A stretch of DNA of 64,000 nucleotides from Deltaproteobacteria bacterium (GTDB lineage Bacteria > JAGRBM01 > JAHCIT01): positions 1 to 64,000 of the forward strand of contig JAHCIT010000011.1 in NCBI GenBank assembly GCA_026129095.1. Direction: 5' to 3'. Shown in pieces: positions 59,358 to 64,000 of the stretch. Position 1 is the stretch's first letter; every line of letters starts with the position of its first letter. The notes beneath the pieces are model-generated. The model did not search any database. It was not told the DNA's origin and saw nothing but the letters and a program-made list of their open reading frames with translations. The position numbers were made by a program, and so were the translations under genes.

Positions 59358-59894
59358 TCACGCCCCCTTGGGCCGGAATGCCTTGATGACGGTGTCGTCG
59401 GTTTCGAGCCGGGGACCGTCAACAAGATCAATACAGTAGGGAACGGCGGGGAAAACGGCATCGAGGCATTCACGGATCGACTTGGGCTTTCCCGGCAGGT
59501 TGATGATGAGCGTCGATCCGCGTGTCCCGGCGATCTGGCGCGACAGTATCGCCGTCGGGACAAACCTGAGCGACACCGCCCGCATCTGCTCGCCAAAACC
59601 ATCCAGAATCTTGTCGCAAATATTCTCCGTCGCCTCGGGCGTCACATCGCGTTTCGCCGGGCCCGTGCCGCCCGTCGTGAGAACGAGGCTGCACTTTTCC
59701 CGGTCCGCCAGCTCGATAAGTGTCTTTTCGATCACCGGCTGCTCGTCCGGAATGAGGCGGTAAACCTCCTCCCACGGACTTTTGAGATAGGCCTTCAGGG
59801 TGTCCCTGATGGCGGGGCCGGAGAGGTCTTCATATACGCCCGTCGAGGCGCGGTCGGAGATGGTGACGATGCCGATACGGATGGGTAATGACAT
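59358..59894 (-). CDS. mogA: Molybdopterin adenylyltransferase
   Basis: SDRAS, TTGGTG, RDVTPEAT, LSRQ, NLPGKPKSI. Confidence 0.95.
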   Translation of the reverse strand: MSLPIRIGIVTISDRASTGVYEDLSGPAIRDTLKAYLKSPWEEVYRLIPDEQPVIEKTLIELADREKCSLVLTTGGTGPAKRDVTPEATENICDKILDGFGEQMRAVSLRFVPTAILSRQIAGTRGSTLIINLPGKPKSIRECLDAVFPAVPYCIDLVDGPRLETDDTVIKAFRPKGA

Positions 59895-59944
59895 GGAGAC
59901 ATGAGTAGCACGGAACCGGCCGGGGCAGGTAGGCTCATTTCCCG

Positions 59945-60748
59945 ATGGAAACAGTCATCGACAACCGGGAGGTCCGGCACGATTTCGTGGAGCCGCCGCG
60001 CCGGATCATCTCTCTGGTGCCCAGCCTGAGCGAGACCGTGGCCGAACTCGCCGGGGTGGATGCGCTCATCGGCGTGACCAGGTTCTGCAAGCACCCGGCA
60101 GGGCTTCGTGAACGGATCGCCACCGTGGGCGGCACCAAGGATCCCGATATCCGGAAGATCGCCGCCCTCCAGCCCGATCTCGTTCTCGTCAATGAAGAAG
60201 AAAACCGCATGGAGGATTACGAAAAACTCCGCTCGGCCGGCCTGCCCGTCTTCGCCACCGGCCCCCGGACTTTCACCGAAGGGCTCACCCTGCTCCGCCA
60301 GATCGGGCGCATTCTGGGCCGGGTCAGGGAAGCCGATGCCATCGCCACGGCGGCTGAGACAAGGGCCGAGAAAATCCGCGCCGAGAGGCCCGGCCGGGGA
60401 TTGAGGCTCTTTTATCCCGTCTGGAACCGGCCCCTGATGACCATCAGCGGTGACACCTACATCCACGATGTCATCACGCTGTTCGGCTTCGCCAACCCGT
60501 TCGCGCCCAAGCGGGACCGTTACCCGGAGATCACCGAGGCCGAACTCGAAAAGGCGCTGCCGCAGGTGATCGTGCTGCCGGATGAGCCGTATGAGTTCCG
60601 CCCCGAGCACCGAGCCGACTGGCTGATGAAGAGCCAGTATCCGGCGGCCCGCCGGCTGCAGGTCCACCTCGCTGACGGATCGTATTTCTGCTGGTATGGC
60701 GTGCGGCAGCTGGCCGCGTTAAACTATATTGAAAGACTTCTCACCTGA
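59945..60748 (+). CDS. Helical-backbone metal/cobalamin-binding receptor (BtuF-like)
   Basis: RIISLVPSLSE, GGTKDP, EEN, LPDEPYEF, WYG. Confidence 0.85.
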   Translation: METVIDNREVRHDFVEPPRRIISLVPSLSETVAELAGVDALIGVTRFCKHPAGLRERIATVGGTKDPDIRKIAALQPDLVLVNEEENRMEDYEKLRSAGLPVFATGPRTFTEGLTLLRQIGRILGRVREADAIATAAETRAEKIRAERPGRGLRLFYPVWNRPLMTISGDTYIHDVITLFGFANPFAPKRDRYPEITEAELEKALPQVIVLPDEPYEFRPEHRADWLMKSQYPAARRLQVHLADGSYFCWYGVRQLAALNYIERLLT

Positions 60749-60763
60749 CGGAGTAACAACCAG

Positions 60764-61717
60764 ATGCGACGTGCCACCATTTTCCGGCTGTCCGGGCCGG
60801 CCCCCCTGCTTGTTCTTGCTGCCATACTGGCCTCGGGTTCCGGCGCCGCCGCGCAGGAACTGGGAGTTTCCCGCATCGAAAGCTGCCAGCCGCTCGCCGA
60901 CAAGCGGGTCCAGTGTTCGGTGGTCGCCTCAAAGGTGAACTGTGCCAGCCGGCGGTTTACCGATCCGCACCAGGACGCCCCGCCACTGACCTTGCCGGAG
61001 AAGACTGCCAGGCAGCAGAAGGGCCGCTGGAAACTCGGCCAGCTCAACATCCCGTCCCAGTGCGAGCCGTTCATTGTCGAGGAGATGTCCGAGGGAATCC
61101 TTGCCGTCTTCATCGACACGGCCAAACTCGGTGCCGATGGCTATGTCGAGACTGGCGGGGCCCCAGCCGGACAGACAGCCGCTGCGGCGCCCATTGCCCC
61201 CGTTTCGTCGGCCGCCATCGTAGGCCCCGAAGGGGCGGCCTCGCCCAAACCCATCGGCGAGCAGGTGGAGCAGGCCTCCGGGATTCCCCTGCTGGCAGGA
61301 GATTTCGTGCGTGTCCGGCAGCCGCGGCCAGCCGGCAGCCGCGACGAGAGCGACTATGCCTATGTGAGCGTCCGGGACGGATATCCCGTCTGGCATGTGC
61401 GCGGGGCGGCCACGCTTGCCATGAACCGCCCGCTGAACGGGCTCCCCCACACGGTCTGGCTGCTGGTCCATGCGGGTGCGGAACCCCACGACCGGATCGA
61501 GGCGGAACTCGTCCGTTCCGGCGTCACTGTCGCCCGCTGGGCCATGAATCGCGTCTGGACAAATGGCCCCGAATGGATACGCCTCGAGCGGGAACTTCCC
61601 GCCGGAACCCTGGAACCGGCCATGAACCCTGGTGACGATCTCAGGTTCCGGATCATCGACCAGAATGAAGCCCGGGAACTCGACATCGTGAAGGCGAAGC
61701 TCGTTCAGGCCAGATAG
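60764..61717 (+). CDS. Hypothetical secreted protein
   Basis: Signal peptide ending AAAQE; Cys-containing N-terminal domain, Ala/Pro linker, C-terminal domain. Confidence 0.7.
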   Translation: MRRATIFRLSGPAPLLVLAAILASGSGAAAQELGVSRIESCQPLADKRVQCSVVASKVNCASRRFTDPHQDAPPLTLPEKTARQQKGRWKLGQLNIPSQCEPFIVEEMSEGILAVFIDTAKLGADGYVETGGAPAGQTAAAAPIAPVSSAAIVGPEGAASPKPIGEQVEQASGIPLLAGDFVRVRQPRPAGSRDESDYAYVSVRDGYPVWHVRGAATLAMNRPLNGLPHTVWLLVHAGAEPHDRIEAELVRSGVTVARWAMNRVWTNGPEWIRLERELPAGTLEPAMNPGDDLRFRIIDQNEARELDIVKAKLVQAR

Positions 61718-63418
61718 CTACGCGCTCCGCTCGGCACGCTTCGGCTTCCTGACCATGAGCCCGGCCATACGGGCAAAAGCCGATACACGGCCCGGCACAT
61801 CGCGCACCGCACCCCAGACTTCCTTCACCGGGTCCACCCGGTATTGCGATGGCCGGGGGCCCTTCCGGGGAGCCATCCAGCAGGAATGGAGCATGAAGGG
61901 CGGGTTGAAGTCGGGCGCACTGGCGACGGCAACGGGACCCTGCACGAGATTCGCCGCGTCGAAGATGTGGATTTCCTTCGGGGCCTTCTTGTGAACCACC
62001 ACGACCACGTAGCCGTCGAGGTCATGCTGGCAGTTCCTGCGGGGTACAAAAGTAGGAGGATGCGGGAACATTCCGTCCTCGTACCGGTACACGTCGGAAT
62101 ACTCCATCTGCTCCAGGTCCACGCGTGCCAGCGCACCGGGGATGTATTTCTCAGGCAGCCGGTCCATGGGGACAATGGCGTGCTGGTAGTCCTTGTAAAG
62201 ACGCCAGGTGGTTTCGGCCATCAGCTCCGGATCGAACCCCATACTGCCGTAAAAGAGGTTTCTGGCCTTCCGCTGGGAGCTGTCGGTGTAGACATTCTGT
62301 GTCCAGAGGATTCCGCCCCAGAACTGGTCCCTGTCATATGCCAGTTTCGTCTCCTTCAGTTCTCCCGTCGCGGCTGCGATCCGGTACCTGCCCACCACCG
62401 ATGGCTGCGAATCGAGTGCGATCAGGCCGTCGTGGTTGGGATCGAACATCTCCCCGTCCCGGTTCCGTTCGTTCGGGTTGCAGGTGATGGCGAGGTCCGC
62501 CGTCCCGATATGCTGCAGGTAGACGGTGATCTCGCCTCCGGGATTGTCATAGTCGATGGCGATATGACCGGTGCTCATGGGGATTTTCAGTTCGCGGAAC
62601 GGCACGCTCCCGCCAGCGGGCGTTTGCTTCAAGTCCTTCTTGCTCACGATCCACAGCCGCGTGAAGTCCTGGTTGGGCCGCTTGCGCGGGCCGCCCATGA
62701 CCACCGCCGGCTCGGTGGCGAACGGAAGGTCAGTGATGACAAGGTAGTCCTTCGTCGCCTTGATATCGTGAATGCTGTCGAACTTTCCGATACCGTCTAG
62801 CTTCCACCGTTCAACAGGACCGTCCAGTGCCCACCGGGCCACCCAGGTGCCCGTTTCGATGCCCGGCAGCGGGATCTGGAGATAGTTCACGAAATAGAGC
62901 GCATTTTCGTCATACGCAGGCGCCGGATGCGCCGCGACGGAGGTCATCGGCTCGATAAGCCCCGGCAGGCTGTGAACCCACTCGGTGTTGTCGCCAACCG
63001 CTGTCACGTAGTCGAGTGTCTCGGGGTCAATCTCCACCGGGCGGCCGACATCGTAGCCGAGAAACAGACGGTCATTCATCGGCTGCACGTTCGTGTTGGC
63101 GAGGTTCGTGACGCCAAAGGGGGACGCCTCCATGACGAACACTTTCCTGAACAGCCAGGGAAGCCGGTCACGCAGTTTCTTGACCGGCGTCTCCACCAGC
63201 CGGAACTGGACACGCACCCTGCCGCCGGAATCCGGCGCGCAGTGGATCTTGCAGATCATCCCGTGTTCGTTGAACCAGTGCCCACCTGGCCGCCGCTTGT
63301 CGGGACCGACGATAAAAACCGCCCCATCGGCATCAGTGGGCCAGCACCCTTTGGTCACGTTCAGCCGGAAGTCTCCCTCTCCGGCACCCCAGAACAGGTT
63401 GTGAGTGATTGTCGCCAT
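61718..63418 (-). CDS. Carotenoid oxygenase (RPE65/CCO) family protein
   Basis: NLANTN, EIDPETL, four candidate Fe-ligand His (AAHP, IHDI, GHI, LHSCW), PTFVPR...DGY. Confidence 0.85.
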   Translation of the reverse strand: MATITHNLFWGAGEGDFRLNVTKGCWPTDADGAVFIVGPDKRRPGGHWFNEHGMICKIHCAPDSGGRVRVQFRLVETPVKKLRDRLPWLFRKVFVMEASPFGVTNLANTNVQPMNDRLFLGYDVGRPVEIDPETLDYVTAVGDNTEWVHSLPGLIEPMTSVAAHPAPAYDENALYFVNYLQIPLPGIETGTWVARWALDGPVERWKLDGIGKFDSIHDIKATKDYLVITDLPFATEPAVVMGGPRKRPNQDFTRLWIVSKKDLKQTPAGGSVPFRELKIPMSTGHIAIDYDNPGGEITVYLQHIGTADLAITCNPNERNRDGEMFDPNHDGLIALDSQPSVVGRYRIAAATGELKETKLAYDRDQFWGGILWTQNVYTDSSQRKARNLFYGSMGFDPELMAETTWRLYKDYQHAIVPMDRLPEKYIPGALARVDLEQMEYSDVYRYEDGMFPHPPTFVPRRNCQHDLDGYVVVVVHKKAPKEIHIFDAANLVQGPVAVASAPDFNPPFMLHSCWMAPRKGPRPSQYRVDPVKEVWGAVRDVPGRVSAFARMAGLMVRKPKRAERSA

Positions 63419-63625
63419 GTCAAAGCCTCCAGAGTCCGGACACGTGCCACGTCCTCGCCAACTAACTAAGCAAAAGTGCAGTTGTTTTACAAGTTAAATT
63501 TACGGGTGTTCCTTTCCCTTCCAAAATCTCTCTTGCCTTGGAAAGAGGTCCGGTTCATGGTCATCAAAGGGCCCTGATAAGGTGGCGTCCTGCCGCCTGG
63601 GGCCCCTTCAGGAGCTTCCACCCCC

Positions 63626-64000
63626 TTGAGCCGGATTTTCGACTTCGCCACCTCAGCCCTTGCGACGGCCGCACGTCTTGGCGCGGGGATCGTGGCCGAG
63701 CAGCCCGCCCGCCGTCCGGGCCGGCCGCTGGAGCTGTACGAATTCGAGGCTTGTCCGTTCTGCCGCAAGGTACGCGAAGCCCTCACCGAACTGGATCTCG
63801 AAGTCATGATCTACCCCTGCCCCAAGGGCGGGAAAATCTACCGCCCCCGCGTGAAGCAGCTCGGCGGCAAGGAGATGTACCCGTTCCTTGTGGACCCGAA
63901 CACGGGCGTGCAGCTTTACGAATCGGCCGATATCGTCGGCTACCTGTTCAAGACCTACGGCGGACGTGCAGCGGGACCCCTGCTCGCCATCGATTCGCTG
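63626..64000 (+). CDS. Glutathione S-transferase N-terminal/glutaredoxin-like protein (truncated by window end)
   Basis: Translated by hand from the TTG at 63626 (AGGAG SD at 63610): ...LELYEFEACPFCRKVRE...YPCPKGG...PFLVDPNTG...YESADI. Absent from the ORF track because it has no stop in the window. Confidence 0.88.
   Translation, partial: MSRIFDFATSALATAARLGAGIVAEQPARRPGRPLELYEFEACPFCRKVREALTELDLEVMIYPCPKGGKIYRPRVKQLGGKEMYPFLVDPNTGVQLYESADIVGYLFKTYGGRAAGPLLAIDSL

Overview
High-GC bacterial chromosomal segment with about 50 genes, mostly core. The gene order (6S RNA-5-FTHF cyclo-ligase-rny-ymdB-tyrS; hemW-hrcA-grpE-dnaK-dnaJ; metK...ahcY; ribD-ribE-ribBA) suggests a deltaproteobacterial/Myxococcota-like lineage (inference). 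It also holds a NodIJ-like ABC exporter, a glycosyltransferase/asnB cluster, a second glycan locus, a cNMP-domain/RavA-type AAA/VWA trio, a repeat-rich Ser/Thr kinase, a carotenoid-oxygenase-family gene, and two ncRNAs read directly from the sequence (6S and RNase P RNA). No tRNA, rRNA, CRISPR array or mobile element was seen. The most unusual signals are: (1) an RNase P RNA whose P4 helix carries compensatory changes at normally highly conserved positions; (2) two phased GTGG 10-bp repeat arrays resembling MraZ boxes at the left edge; (3) structured leaders matching no riboswitch I recognise, upstream of metK and of an MBL-cNMP protein; (4) an hrcA operon with a non-CIRCE palindrome; (5) a cNMP-like protein lacking the phosphate-binding Arg ahead of RavA/ViaA-like genes. 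All calls come from reading motifs by eye; no searches were run.
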